64,000 nucleotides of DNA, taken from positions 164,300,001 to 164,364,000 of the forward strand of contig NC_042998.1 of NCBI RefSeq assembly GCF_006345805.1, read 5' to 3'. Source of the stretch: Octopus sinensis. Its lineage: Eukaryota. The notes beneath the pieces are model-generated. The model was not told the origin of the DNA. It worked only from the letters and a program-made list of their open reading frames with translations, and made no database searches. The position numbers and the translations under genes are program-made. Shown piece by piece: positions 26,052 to 40,500 of this stretch. How positions within the stretch are numbered: the first letter of the stretch is position 1; each line of letters starts with the position of its first letter.

Positions 26052-26197
26052 GTGCGCACAATAATCAATTTGAGCATTAAGGTTGGGTGAAAAAGGTCTG
26101 ACATGGGTAAATGATATTCAATAAATTTGTTTTGTGCAATCGGCCAGAAAATATTGTTAAAAATAAGTCTAAATTAAAATAAGAAAACAACAACAAC

Positions 26198-26372
<175 letters not shown>

Positions 26373-26689
26373 TGATAACCATACCAGTCGATTTTTTTCC
26401 CAATCGTTATCTTTATTCTTTATAATCAAATAATGTTGTCCCGCTCGCCACTACGAAACAAAAATTTGGTTTGAAATAGTGAAACAAAGATAATAAGAAG
26501 AAATAAATAGTTTGATAAATAATGTAGCTAATGATATGAAGAGATGATAGATAAATATAATTCTTTCGATTTAGAATCTATCTTTCATGGGCAACTTTTG
26601 AAAATATAAATATCGTTATCAATACGGTCATTCAATGATAAACAGTGTGGGGAGGGGGGGCAGATATGCGTGGAAATGACTGGGGTAGA

Positions 26690-27197
26690 GACTGGGTGGA
26701 GAAATGGAGCCGATGGTGATGATGATGATGATGATGACGATGATGATGGTGGTGGTGGTGGTGGTGGTGGTGGTGGTGATGGTGGTAGTTTGTGGTTTTG
26801 GTGGTGGCGGCGGTGGTTGTGAGGTGAAGAAGGAGGAAGGTGATTGGAAGAGGTGCTGTCGATGGTGTAAGTGGTGGTGAGTATGCTGATGATGATGGCA
26901 GTGGTGATGCTGGTTCGAGTGCTTTTTATATTTGTAGTGAGAGCGGCTGACGATCTTGTTCGTGACGATGATGATGATGATGATGATGATAATGACGACG
27001 ACGACGACGACGACGACAACGGTGATGATAGTAGCGGTGGTGGTGTAGTGGTAGTGGTGGTAATGGTGGTGGTGATGATTATGATGATGACGATGATGTT
27101 GGTGGAAGTGGTGGTGGTGGTAATTGTGATGATGATGATGATGGTAGTGCTATGATGATGCTGGTGTAGGGTCTGGGTGGAGAAATGGAGCCGATGG

Positions 27198-27228
<31 letters not shown>

Positions 27229-27609
27229 GGTGGTGGTGGTGGTGGTGGTGGAAGTGGAGGATAGTTAAAGGAGGTACTGCTGACGGTGGAAGTGAGGGCA
27301 AGGATAATGGTGGGGGTGGCTGTGGTTGTGGTACTGACGGTTACATTAGGGCGGATAATAATAACGGAGATTATTACGATGATAATGTTGGGTTTTCGCT
27401 TTTAATAACGGTGGTTATAAGGACAGTAATCCTGCTGTTGTTGATGATGATGATAGTGGCTATAGTAGTTTTAATAGCGATAAGGATGATGATAACGGTG
27501 GAGCAGTGGCAGAGGAGGCGGGGCGGGGCGAGGCGGGGCGGCGCGGCAGTGGTGGCAGCGTCGTTGTTGGTTGAGGTAGTATTTTCAAATATGGTTCTGG
27601 TGGTGGTAG

Positions 27610-27666
<57 letters not shown>

Positions 27667-27981
27667 CGATCATGATGATGATGATGATGATGATGAGGAT
27701 GATGATGATGATGATCATGATGATGATCATGATGATGATCATGATGATGATCATGATGATCATGATGATCATGATGATGACGATCATAATGATGATGATG
27801 AGGATGATGATGATGGCGATGATGATGACGACGACGACAACGACGATCTTGATGGTGTTGGTGGAAGTGGTGGTGGTGATGATGATGATATCATGATCAT
27901 CATCATGACGATGTTCACGGTGATGGTGGTGAGGAGAAGCAAGAGGAAAGTGCTATTGATGGTGGAGGTAGAGGTGAGGAT

Positions 27982-28024
<43 letters not shown>

Positions 28025-28032
28025 ACGACGAC

Positions 28033-28063
<31 letters not shown>

Positions 28064-28209
28064 GTGATGTAGAGGAGAAGGCCTTTGGTAGATTTCTTCA
28101 ACGAGAGCGGATAATCAAATGGATTATCTGTTATTTTTAATCCTGACAAATATTGACATGGCTCTAAAAACAGAAAAACAAAACAAAAAAAAAAGAGATG
28201 ATGATGATA

Positions 28210-28241
<32 letters not shown>

Positions 28242-28325
28242 GATGATGATGTTGCTGATGATGATGTCAGTGGTGGAAGAGATGATAGGGATGCTGCTGC
28301 CGTTGTTGAAGGTGATGACGATGAA
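26690..28325. repeat. Compound trinucleotide block (GAT/GGT/GAC)n
   Basis: Interleaved gat, ggt, gac and gatcat runs; the non-simple motif gggtggagaaatggagccgatggtgatg is duplicated at ~26694 and ~27175. Confidence 0.9.
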
Positions 28326-28658
28326 CAGTAAACTTGAACTCGTGAAATGACGAGCCAAGCATTTTTCTTTTTTCATTATCTGGATTACTAAACTGACCTA
28401 TATTTGCACACGATGTAAATAAATCATTTATGTATCATCTGTATATTTTAGGTCTTCATTTTTTCTTCTATTTATTTTTATTTTCTATTTTTCAATTTTT
28501 ATTTATTTTATATATTTATTTATTTAATCATTTTGGCTTTTCCGTGTGCCAGTTATCTTTTAATTGTCTCCATATCCTATCATTAGTATATTAAAAATTA
28601 ACTGGAAAATAAATGTCTGCGTCTATTTGGGTGTGTGTGTGTACGTATGTGTGCGTGT

Positions 28659-28689
<31 letters not shown>

Positions 28690-28728
28690 TAATATAATAT
28701 ATATATATATATATACTATATATATATG

Positions 28729-28794
<66 letters not shown>

Positions 28795-28995
28795 TATATG
28801 TATATATATATATGTATGTATGTATATACATGTGTTGTGTGTGTGTGTGCGCGCGCGCACTTGTGAGTGTTTCTGTTGGTGATGTTGCCTCATTGAGGAA
28901 GGTTTATGCTCATAGACGTTGATGGCATGGTCATCACATGCGTGGTGATTGAATTCTGTAGACGGAAACTGTGCGGATTCCCGACGTGTGTATGT

Positions 28996-29044
<49 letters not shown>

Positions 29045-29162
29045 CGATCTTCTCGACTAAAGGCGGTGCTCCAGCATGGCTGCAATCAAGTAACTGAAAC
29101 AAAAGAATAAAAGAATATATATATGTGTGTGTGTGTATGTGTGTGTGAGTTTGTGTGTGTAT

Positions 29163-29215
<53 letters not shown>

Positions 29216-30490
29216 GTAGGGTCAACAGATGAGATCCAGAAATTCACAATATAGAAAACAGTAGTGCTCAGATGATTTGAATTTACATTCTGAAAACTTT
29301 ATCAGGGACCAAACCGCAGGGTAAAGAGTGAATACAAGAAAAATCCTGGTAAGCATGTATATGTATATTCAGTGGCGGCTCGTAGATAAAACTAGCGGGG
29401 GTGCTGCCTCAGAAAATCTTTCGCCGTTGTTTTAATATTTTGTAAAAGGAAATAAATATATAAGAAGAAAATTTATACAGGCGCCGGAGTGGCTGTGTGG
29501 TAAGTAGCTTGCTTGCGCATGCGTTGGTTAGTTGTTTCCAAATTTGAATACTGTCAAGAAGTGTTTTTGTAACCGTCCTGAATTGAAGGCGCGACTATAA
29601 GGTAAGCATCTGTTTTTCTGGGGAGGGGACTCAGTGGGGTTTTGTTTTTTGATGTTTTTCTTTTTTGGAATAAAAAATCCTCACTGAGTCCCGGACATTT
29701 GTCTGCCAGCAGTCGCGCTAAATGTCTCACTTAGCTGTGAGAATTGTTGTTTGGGAGCCTGTCTTGTAAAATTGTGAAATTTTGGAAAATTCTACCAATT
29801 TGTGGAGGATTTTTGTGTGTTCCTGCTGCTGCTGTGACCCTGGAGTACCTGTTTGGAGTACCATTTTTTGGAATACCTGTTGGCCAGGATTACCGGGTGG
29901 CCAGAATTGTGTTGCCGCGACTTGAACTTTCTTCCTTCTTTCTTTTTCTCTGCTCTGTCTTTCTGTTCTTCTTTGTGTTTTTGAACTTTATTTGGACGTT
30001 TTGTTTGAACTATTTTTTGGACTTCCTTTTCTACAAGCATAGCAAAGAAGGCAAACACTGCGTTGGAGTGGGAGATTGTACTCCCCAAGCAGTGGTTAAA
30101 AGACCTAAAGGAGAGAACGGTGGTGTTGATGACTTAGAAGGGCAAAAGATTATTTCTCCCCACATATTGTGGAAAGAAATTAACAAGAGCTTGGGTCTGC
30201 AGGCTGCCACCCGGGATAGAACCCGAGTGGATAGAAGACACAATCCGCCGGGGTCTGGGTGGCAGCGGAGCCAAGCTCATTAATGTTAAAATGTTGCCTG
30301 CGGCTGATTGAGTGGGGTCAGGGTTAGGGTTAGGAAGAGAATATCCTGCTAAATATATTGAGTTGGCCTAGGCTTGTGTATAAACATTATCAACCATATA
30401 TATTTAACGTATACATCCCGTGTATAAGCCGGTAGGCTCAATATAGCGTGTTGGAGGAAACTTTCTCAAACCGCCGGGTGTTAGGAACAC

Positions 30491-30733
30491 CCGAAAGTTA
30501 TGGACAGGAAACATAACTCACCTCCCATCCCATCTAGGAGTGATAGAAATCGATGTTTCGCCCCAGTTGTAGCTTGTCAACATCACGTAGCCGAACATGA
30601 TCGGAGAAGAATCACCTCGCCGGTCCACCATTTATATGCACAGCGCGTGCAAAATAGCTAAATATCGATGTTCATCGATATTAGTCCTAAAGGGATTGGA
30701 GGTGAGTTATCTTGCCGGTCCATAACTTTCTGG
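30491..30733. mobile_element. MITE/foldback with ~45-bp imperfect TIRs
   Basis: gaaagttatggac…ataactcacctcc…atccc mirrored by gggatt…ggaggtgagttat…gtccataactttc. Confidence 0.65.
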
Positions 30734-31315
30734 TACTTTAATACTCGACGCTTTGAGAACGTTTTCTTCACCACGCCAAATCGCAGTCTACTGGCAAATA
30801 CACGAAGCACATAGGTTTAATATATGTGGTCGATAATTATAATGTTTATTACACTAGTGCTGGTTCCATTTCATATTTGATGTATATGTATGTATAAATT
30901 CACCTATGAATTCAACTACTTTTTGTTTTGTTTACAATTTGTTTTATTTCATCGGTTATCAATTAACCAACAATAACTGAGACAAAGCAATTCAAAATAA
31001 TTGATGACCAATTAGATTAAGTAACTGAACAAAAATAACCCCTCCCCACTTCCCGCAAGATTTAGGCTACTGCAAAAAGAAAAAAATAACGAAATAATAA
31101 ACATATCACGTTTCTATATGTATATATAAATAAGTCTGCGTATTATCGTTATAATTATATTTATAATTATTATGATGCAAACTAATGAATGCACTCATCC
31201 TACCTTCTAAACACATATAATACGTATGTACATGTAAGTATGTTTGAATGGAAAAATATATATGTATGTATATATACTTGTGTGTGTGTGATGTGTGTGT
31301 ATGTATGTATATATG

Positions 31316-31402
<87 letters not shown>

Positions 31403-31759
31403 CACACATACATACATACATACATACATATATACATATGTTACTCATGTGCTTGCAGTTTCGTTCTGACGATATGTGGATTTTATAGATTGCAAAATTA
31501 CTATTCTTATAACTTTGTCATACCTCTGATTATATTTTATCTAATATAAATAATATAATGCATCTAATATTATTAATAATGATTGATTATTGTGTATGCT
31601 TATAAATGTAAATATGTATGTACATTTAAGTGTATATATAAGTATTTATGTATATTTATATATGTATGCATTTGTATATGTATAAGTATTTAAATGTGTG
31701 TGTATTTTATATTGATTTTATATTTATATTTATTTATAACTTAACCTTATGTACTTTAT

Positions 31760-31890
31760 AAAATCTCTGACGAAGCCTAGGGTATCACCCAAGTACCTCC
31801 ATTTCATCTACTTATTACTTCAGTCTACAGGAGGAATAAAGGTAGAATGAGGTATTTTTGCCTCTTGGCTGAAACAGCTGTAAGTTATTT
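31760..31890 (+). ncRNA. Type-I hammerhead-like motif with extended stem II (decayed stem I)
   Basis: CTGACGA at 31767-31773; stem II AGCC/GGCT plus internal hairpin tacctc…tctac/gtaga…gaggta; GAAAC-AGCT-GTA at 31871-31882. Confidence 0.55.
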
Positions 31891-32113
31891 TCCCCATTTA
31901 TATTCCTGTATGTTATATTTTAATAATTACTGGTATCTTTATATATTAATATATTTTTATATGTAAAGCATATGTTATACATGTATGTATGTATATTCTT
32001 GCAATTGTCATTTTAGTAAATAGATAAATAAGTTGACATAATATAATGTCTAAAAGTTGATGAAACACCTATTGATCCCCTCCATTTTCTTATTGCCCTC
32101 TCTCACTCACTCA

Positions 32114-32175
<62 letters not shown>

Positions 32176-32675
32176 GCACGCACACACACGTTTATGAATT
32201 TTATGAATAAACAACGCAAGAGGAGAGATGTGGGATAGATAGTCACTGAAGAGGCGTCGGGATGTGTGACGAAAGAAATTTAACAAAGAAAATAAAAATA
32301 ATAATAATAAAGCTGAAGTTATGACTAGATATATAGTGCGTGTGTTTAATTTGCTAAACATCATCGTCCCCAAGTATAACAATATAATCATGAATATATA
32401 TATATATATATATATATCGTCATATTCCTTTCTTTCCCACCGTCTTCCATACACACTTGAGCACGTACGCACTAATACAATCATGTATGCACTTGCACAT
32501 ACACAAAGAACCCGCACTTATTTTCTCAGGAACTATCCCGTAGGCATACACACCCGTATAGTGACACAACTACACAATAACACAAACACACACACACATT
32601 CATACTTTTCGGCCACCCACAGACACAATCACACCAATTCACACACACACAGACACACACACACACACGCACGCG

Positions 32676-32707
<32 letters not shown>

Positions 32708-32716
32708 CACACACAC

Positions 32717-32765
<49 letters not shown>

Positions 32766-33167
32766 CAATTTCACCTACCTTTGGAGAAAAACTACATATT
32801 GAATAGTTGTAATAGAACGTATAATCGTTTATTGAAATATTTTCAATTCAGTGATTTCTTATCCGGCAGCTAACCTACAATACGAGTGTGTGTGTTTGTG
32901 TGTGTTTGTGTGTGTATGTGTGTGTGTGTGTGTTTGTGTGTATGTGTGTGTGTGTGTGTGTGTGCATGTACGTATAAATGTATATCAGTGTATGTTTGTG
33001 TATATATATATACACTTGTATATATATATATATATATATAAATAATATATATATATACACACATATATATGTATGTGTGTATATATATATATATATTACA
33101 TATATGTATATCTGCATATATAGATATATCTATATACATATGTGTGCTATTATATATGTATATATTA

Positions 33168-33213
<46 letters not shown>

Positions 33214-33743
33214 ATACATATATATATATATAGACGTATATATATATGTCTATATATATATAGACATATATATATATACATACATACATATATATGTATG
33301 TATACGCACATAATATATATATATATATATAATATATATATGCGCATACATAATGTGTTTTTGTATGTGTATTGTGTGTGTGTGTGTGTGGTGTGTGTGC
33401 AGGATAAATATTGTAATAATGACAACAATTCAGAGTTAGCAATGTAAGTTACGATATTTCGTAAACGAATACGCCTTTGTAAACAATGCGATCAAAGAAA
33501 AAATAGGTAATTTATGTATTATGCATATTTGAAGTGCAATAACTAGCAACTGATTGTGCTAGCACTGAATTCTGTAGAAAATCAATAGTTTATCACTTAA
33601 AAATGAGAATTTATAAACATTTAATGCATCCCTACGCGCGTTTCCACAAATCACATGTCTCTTATGATCACAGTCCGTATTCCTGAGATGATTACAGTGT
33701 AATCCATAGTATCCGTGGGTATAAGATTGATCACCTTCAATAT

Positions 33744-33830
<87 letters not shown>

Positions 33831-34148
33831 TATATATATATATATATTAATTGCTAGTAAGGACACAGTATTTCGTTTTGTCGTTTTGCAACCATAATAT
33901 ACAACGTAGTATATTAAAAGTTTACAAGTTAACCCTGTCATACGTTTAGTGTTAGCAGTGCGATATTCTCATTTTTATACGAAATGTCGGAACTTACAGT
34001 GCTAACTCTGAATTATATAGGAAATCTATAGTTCATTACTTAAATAAATACACACATATATACACACATACGTACGTACATACATACATACATACATACA
34101 TACATACATACATACATACATACATACATACATACATACATACATACA

Positions 34149-34500
34149 TGTAATTATTGGTGTCCTGGGATATGTAACACACTGCCTAAATCTTGAGAAA
34201 TTAGGCTTCTCAAAAACAGAAAGGAGAAAGCTGATTCGAAGACTACAGATCCAATCCATCACTAGAACTGTAAAGATCTGTAAAACTTTCCAGAAGTTTA
34301 TCATTTAAATATATATGAGCAGGTCTAGATATACAAGTATAAGCATGAGAATACATACAAATCTGCAAACATAGAAATCTGCACATATACATACATACAA
34401 AAATACCCTGTTGTTGATACTGAAATTCCAATGAAGGAGCCTTGGATCTAGGTTAGAAATCGGTTCTTTCTCTATTGGCCAGAAATCTTGAAATATAACT
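34149..34500 (+). mobile_element. 3' end of an RLE-type non-LTR retrotransposon, 5'-truncated in (TACA)n
   Basis: Translates VIIGVLGYVTHCLNLEKLGFSKTERRKLIRRLQIQSITRTVKICKTFQKFII*, resembling the C-terminus of restriction-like-endonuclease LINEs (…IGALG…IQ…GT..I). Directly preceded by (TACA)n. Confidence 0.6.
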
Positions 34501-34521
34501 TAATATTGACATAAAAACGTT

Positions 34522-34821
34522 ACCCTTTTCAAGCCTAGCCAGGCTCATGGGCTCGGTTTCCCGGTTTCTGTGGCGTATGTGTTCCCCCCAGCTGGACGGG
34601 ACGCCAGTCCATCGCAGCTTTACTCAAGAAACAGGAAGAGAGAGTGAGAGAAAGTTGTGGCGAAAGAGTACAAAAGGGGTCGCCACCACCCCCAGCTGGA
34701 GCCTCGTGGAGCCTTTTTAGGTGTTTTCGCTCAATAAACACACAACGCCTGGTCTGGGAATCGAAACTGCGATTCTCCGACCGCGAGTCCGCTGCCCTAA
34801 CCACTAGGCCATTGCGCCTCC
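34522..34821 (-). mobile_element. SINE family C
   Basis: Matches 14503-14794. Confidence 0.85.
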
Positions 34822-35190
34822 GCTAATAATGACATACATGCAATATAATATAATGTAGTGTTGTATAATATATATGACGGATTCTCCAGTCGAAGACTAT
34901 GTATTAGTGTTCTGCTTTTGCCGAACGACCTGCGCAAATGACTTGTTTATAATGAGAAAACGTATGTGCCGTACTCTCGCCACCAAATCTCTCCGTCAAA
35001 TCGACGTTGCCTGAACAGGTGCACGCTGTACCACTTGTGAGGAATCGAAGTGATCACAGACCAACGTAAGATGAAGAAGCTCAAGAAAACAACGCATCAC
35101 CCGGTCAAAGAATTGAAACCACGACCTCTCGATCGTGTATACAACACGCCAAACACTTGGCCATGTGTATGTATATATATATATATATAT

Positions 35191-35235
<45 letters not shown>

Positions 35236-35748
35236 AAGCAAGTTAGTGAAGTCGATTATTACATTTACTCATCTACTTGCTCAAGTTCAAATTTCTTGAG
35301 CACCTTAACCTATATATATATAGATATATATATGTATATACATATATATATATTCTCCATAGTTTATCACTTAAAAATGAGAATTTGTAAACTATTAATG
35401 CATCCCTAAGCGTGTTTCCACAAATCACATGACTCTTAAGATCGCAGTCCGTATTCCTGAGATGATTACAGTGTAATCCATAGTACCAGTGTGAGTATAT
35501 TTCACTGATGATTGTTATTTGAACTCGGCGCAAAACGAATCAGTTACAGCTCAGATTTCGATACGAGCAGTTGGGGTATCTCATCGTGGTAACATGTGCT
35601 GAAGAAGTTAAAACAGTTCACGTGAGTCTTTATACTTAAATGTACGTTGAGAGATTTTTATTAACCTAATCTGCTTTCGTTTGATTTCTGTAGTTAGGAG
35701 CTATGACTGTTATTTCCAGAAGGCAGACCTACTTAGTATGTCCTTTGA

Positions 35749-35801
<53 letters not shown>

Positions 35802-35816
35802 ATAGATAGATAGATA

Positions 35817-37140
35817 TGTTTCTTTATTAGCCACACAGGGCTGCACACAGATAGAACAAATTACAAGGTAGAGCTTTTCTTTTGAAGGTTTAAAAAAAAT
35901 AAAAATAAAAAAATAAAAAATAAGAAAAAAAAAAAATAAAATAAAAATAAAATAAAAAAAAAAAAAGGGGGGTCGATCAAAAGGGATCGTAAAAGGAGAG
36001 AAAGAGGAAAAAAAAAGGGGGGGGTTAAAAAAAAAGGGGGAGAGGAAAAAAATTGATCAATAGGGATCGTTATCACAGAAATGTCAATATGAAGTGTAAA
36101 GGGGGGGACAGGTGAGGTTTACCCGTGGAAAGAAAAGCCTACGGAAAAGACCACGGTAACCTCGGTCAATGAAGTCACATGTTATATTTCTTTTTTTTTT
36201 TTTTTTGCAAATAAGCAACTCTCTGTATTAATTTTTACGGTTCATAGAATCATAGTCAAGGTGGCTTCGTCATTCATACGTGCCATCCTTGCTACATTCA
36301 CCCATCTTTTTTAAAACATTCACTAGACAAAACTTGCCTCTCTACTCTCACTTTTTTCTTCAAGTGATACTTGAAGAAGTTGATGAGAGATTGACCAGAG
36401 AGGAAAGTGTTTGTCTCTAATCCTTTCAGACGCGTCCACCAGATACATTCTTTCGCCATAGCCACAAGTATGATAAAAATAGCTCTTCCTTCCCGTTTGA
36501 AGGAAGGAGGCGTGACGATATTAACGATAGACTCGGCTGATAAACCGACACGTCCCACACGTGACAGCAGTCGTTCGACATAAGCCCACAGGTGGGAAAT
36601 TGCTGGACACTGCACGATTGCGTGCAGAGCGGTTTCGTCGCTCTGCCGCATCTCGGGCAGGTCGGCCCCGTGTTCTCGAGCCATGCCTATAGAGCTTATC
36701 CCGAACGGGTAGCGCTTCTCGGTAGCACCGCCAGGCCAGGGATCTCTGGAAGTTGTCCATAGGTCCGGGCCGAAAGTCGTTTGAAACAGGCGGGTCAGGT
36801 ATTCCTCGTCGACGCCCAGGTTTGCCCCGAGCTCGTCGTCGTACCTCCCTCCACTAATCCCCTATAGAATGCTTTGGTTGTGTTGAAGTCACTCAAGGTC
36901 GACCCGGGACGGCAGAGTTGCTTGAGAGCAACGCGACACTCGCGGTGCCATTCGCCCTTCTTCGGCCTCTTTTTGATCCACGACTGTAGTTCGGTCATGG
37001 AGACGAGTTGCGGGAATGCGTGCCTCACAAACGGCGACCACACTGTTCACCGTCGTCTACATAGAGCCGGAGATGTCGCAGTCTCAGGCGCGTGTCTGCG
37101 CATCATCAACACGGCATGCCCAGCCCTCCTTTTAACGGGT
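35817..37140 (-). mobile_element. 5'-truncated Tx1/L1-clade LINE (post-RT region, zf-RVT-like knuckle, 3' UTR)
   Basis: Frameshifted ORF2 end: MDNFQRSLAWRCYREALPVRDKLYRHG…C..C..SDETALHAIVQCPAISHLWAYVERLL…AKECIWWTRLKG. Pyrimidine-rich 3' UTR, AATAAA, then ATATCTATCT; (GATA)n on both flanks. Confidence 0.85.
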
Positions 37141-37141
37141 A

Positions 37142-37270
<129 letters not shown>

Positions 37271-37279
37271 AGACAAAAC

Positions 37280-39090
37280 AAAGTTATTTTATTCCACACG
37301 TGTAGAAATATAGGAAAAAGAAGTTGAAATTGCACCGAGAATAGTTAAAATATTTTTTATTAATATATTTGAAGCTTCAACCGGTTTCACAGTTTACATT
37401 GATTTTCAAAAAGTTCAAATAGAAAGACATGGCATATGTCGCAGCTGTCTTGCTTCTGACTGGTGTTTGAAGCTTGCTCTATTTTTATAGGGAGCTCAAG
37501 GCTCAAGTTAGTAAATGTTTTGAATAGGATTTGATTGGTAGAGGATAGTCACATGACCGGCCTTAGAAATTTTAGTAGGTTCCCTGCTACGTTTGTGTGT
37601 TAGTATCAAATGACAACGTTTGGCGTCGTAAGTTAAGGTTGTCACAGTTAACTGAACAATTCTCAATAATCAATGCTCTGAATGTTTTCAAGTGTTTGTA
37701 GAGAATGAACACATGATTAAGTTTATAACCTTTTGCACGTTTCCCACTACGTCCGTGCGTTAGTTTCACGTGACAGTACATTTTGTGCCTCAAAAGAAAG
37801 CCGACACGGTTGAGTAAATATGTTTAGTTATTATCAAGGCACTCCAAATTTGATCTATCTGGTGAGAGAGTAGACAGGAGTCGTTTGTATGTAGCCCAAT
37901 GGCTAAAATTTAGGTTGTTAGCTGTGTAACTTACTCATGATAAGTGGCAGAATGAATTTTGTGTGTGAATAGTTATTTGTGTATGTACACTGTTAAAGTT
38001 TGTTAAATTTTGGTTTGCACTTTTGTATGAAAGTATTTTCCTTGTTTATCCGTGCTTCGTCTGTGGTATTCGCTGAACATAGGTAGAGTGGCAAGACCTG
38101 GAATTTGGGAGACTTCTTTTTTGCGCATATGTCTATGTGACCACTCAGTAGAATTTGTCTAGTACTGGGGTCTTGTATTTGTTGTCGGTGAATGATCATT
38201 CTATTTCTTAGAGTAAGCTTTGTTTGACCTATGTAATCTTCATTATATCTCTGGCATTTAATAATGCATATTAAATTCCTTGAAGAACATGTAAAGTGAA
38301 TTTTACGGTAAAAGCCTGCCCTGATTTGAATTTGTATGTTGTGTCTTCAATAAAGTTGATGCAGATCCCGCAAATGGTGCAGCCACATTTTTTGACTGAT
38401 GGTGTAGGAATTGTGGAAGGTAATTTAGCACTTGTGAGGAATTTTTTGAGGGACTTTGATTGTCTTTTACTCTTGATTATTCTGTCTATTTCGAATGCTT
38501 GTTTCATTCTTGGATCTTGTTTTGATAGTGGGATGTTCTGGTGGATAATATTGTAAACATCTGTGCTTCTTGGGTTGTGCGCTGTAATAAAGGATAGATT
38601 ATTGGATGTATCTGGAGCGCTTTTCGTTTTATGTAGTTCTTCGATATTTATTGCTTTGGTACGTTCTATTCCGTTGTCTATTAGCATTAATGGATATTGT
38701 CTTCTTTATGTAGTACTTGTTTTAGTTCCTGGAGTCTTTTATTGCGAGTTTCAGGGTTTGAGACAACTGTGCAGATTCTTCTTGCTAGATTAAAGGGGAT
38801 ATTATTCTTCGTGTATTTAAGATGGCATGAAGAGAACAGTAAGTATTGTTTCGAATCTGTTTTGTAGTGAATATCTGTTTCAATAATTTTATCTCTTTTG
38901 ATGATTAGTATATCAAGGAATGGTAGCTGAGTTTTACTGTAATCCATGGTAAAGTTAATATTTTGTTTATGCTGTTGATGAGATTTCTGAAATCTCTAAG
39001 TTGTTCAAATGTGTACGTCCTCAGGATCAGGCAGTCATCTGAGTAACGTTTCCAGTTTTCTAGTAGATATATACGTACTAATCCCTGTAC
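37280..39090 (-). mobile_element. Penelope-like retroelement remnant (RT C-terminal half, GIY-YIG region, 3' end)
   Basis: Fragments WKRYSDDCLI; LPFLDILIIK…ETDIHYKTDSKQYLLFSSCH..YTKNNIPFNLARRICTVVSN; IIKSKRQSKSLKKFL…KCGC.ICGIC; HRQQI…SGHIDIC. Multiple frameshifts and stops. Confidence 0.85.
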
Positions 39091-39244
39091 ATTACAGGTA
39101 TAAAGTGGAAAACTTGGCAGATTGGGAAACCCCGTAGTAGAAACAGCTGTAAGAGCTTAGTATTTTCCACTCATTTATTCATATTCATTAGTTTATTTTT
39201 ATTTATCTATTTATTTACTGGTTTATTTGCTTGTTTCATTTGTT

Positions 39245-39627
39245 TATAACCACATGGTTCCGGGTTCAGTCCCACAGCGTGGCACCTTGGGCAAGTGTCT
39301 TCTACTATAGCCTCGGGCCGACCAAAGCCTTGTGAGTGGATTTGGTAGACGGAAACTGAAAGAAGCCCGTCGTATATATGTATATATACATATGTATGCG
39401 TGTGTGTGTTTGTGTGTCTGTGTTTGTCCCGATAGCATTGCTTGACAACCGATGCTGGTGTGTTTGTGTCCCCGTCACTTAGGGTTCGGCAAAAGAGACC
39501 GATAGAATAAGTACTGGGCTTACAATAGAATAAGTTCCGGGGTCGAGTTACTCGATTAAAGGCGGTGCTCCAGCATGGCCGCAGTCAAATGACTGAAACA
39601 AGTAAAAGAGTAAAAGAGTAAAAGAGT
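39245..39627 (+). mobile_element. SINE family A, slightly 5'-truncated
   Basis: Matches 21205-21633 in reverse complement. Confidence 0.9.
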
Positions 39628-40084
39628 ATATGATTGTAACCAATAAATAAATAGATATAAATGAATGTCTATAGGCTGATGTTTGTCGATTGATTATCCT
39701 CTCCATTTTCTTATTTGCCTTATAAATTCTGGGTAAATTTCTGTATTCAATTGCGATACTGCCCTACAATAGTAAGCACTTGGATATAAATACGTAGGTA
39801 TACATCCTAAAGTATATTGGATATTTATTATCCCTTAGATGGTTGCTTAACCTCCAAATCATACAGACACACACCACACACACACACAACACACACACAC
39901 ACCACACACATATATATATATATATATGCTTCTTGTCGTGATGTGGGTGCATCTGGTACTACTAATAAAAATTTGTCCAAATGTTTTTGGGAACGCACGC
40001 ATGCACACAAACCCAAGCGCACACACCGATAGACAGACAATCAGACAGACAGTCGGATGGATGGATAAATAAATAGTTTGCTAG

Positions 40085-40500
<416 letters not shown>

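Noticed and set aside
30318-30335. GGGTTAGGGTTAGG telomere-like motif
   Set aside because: Only two units; expected by chance.
37355-37400. Minus-strand GAAACCGGTT palindrome at the 3' end of the large Penelope element
   Set aside because: It resembles a hammerhead helix III, but the CTGANGA half is not recognisable, so it is not called.
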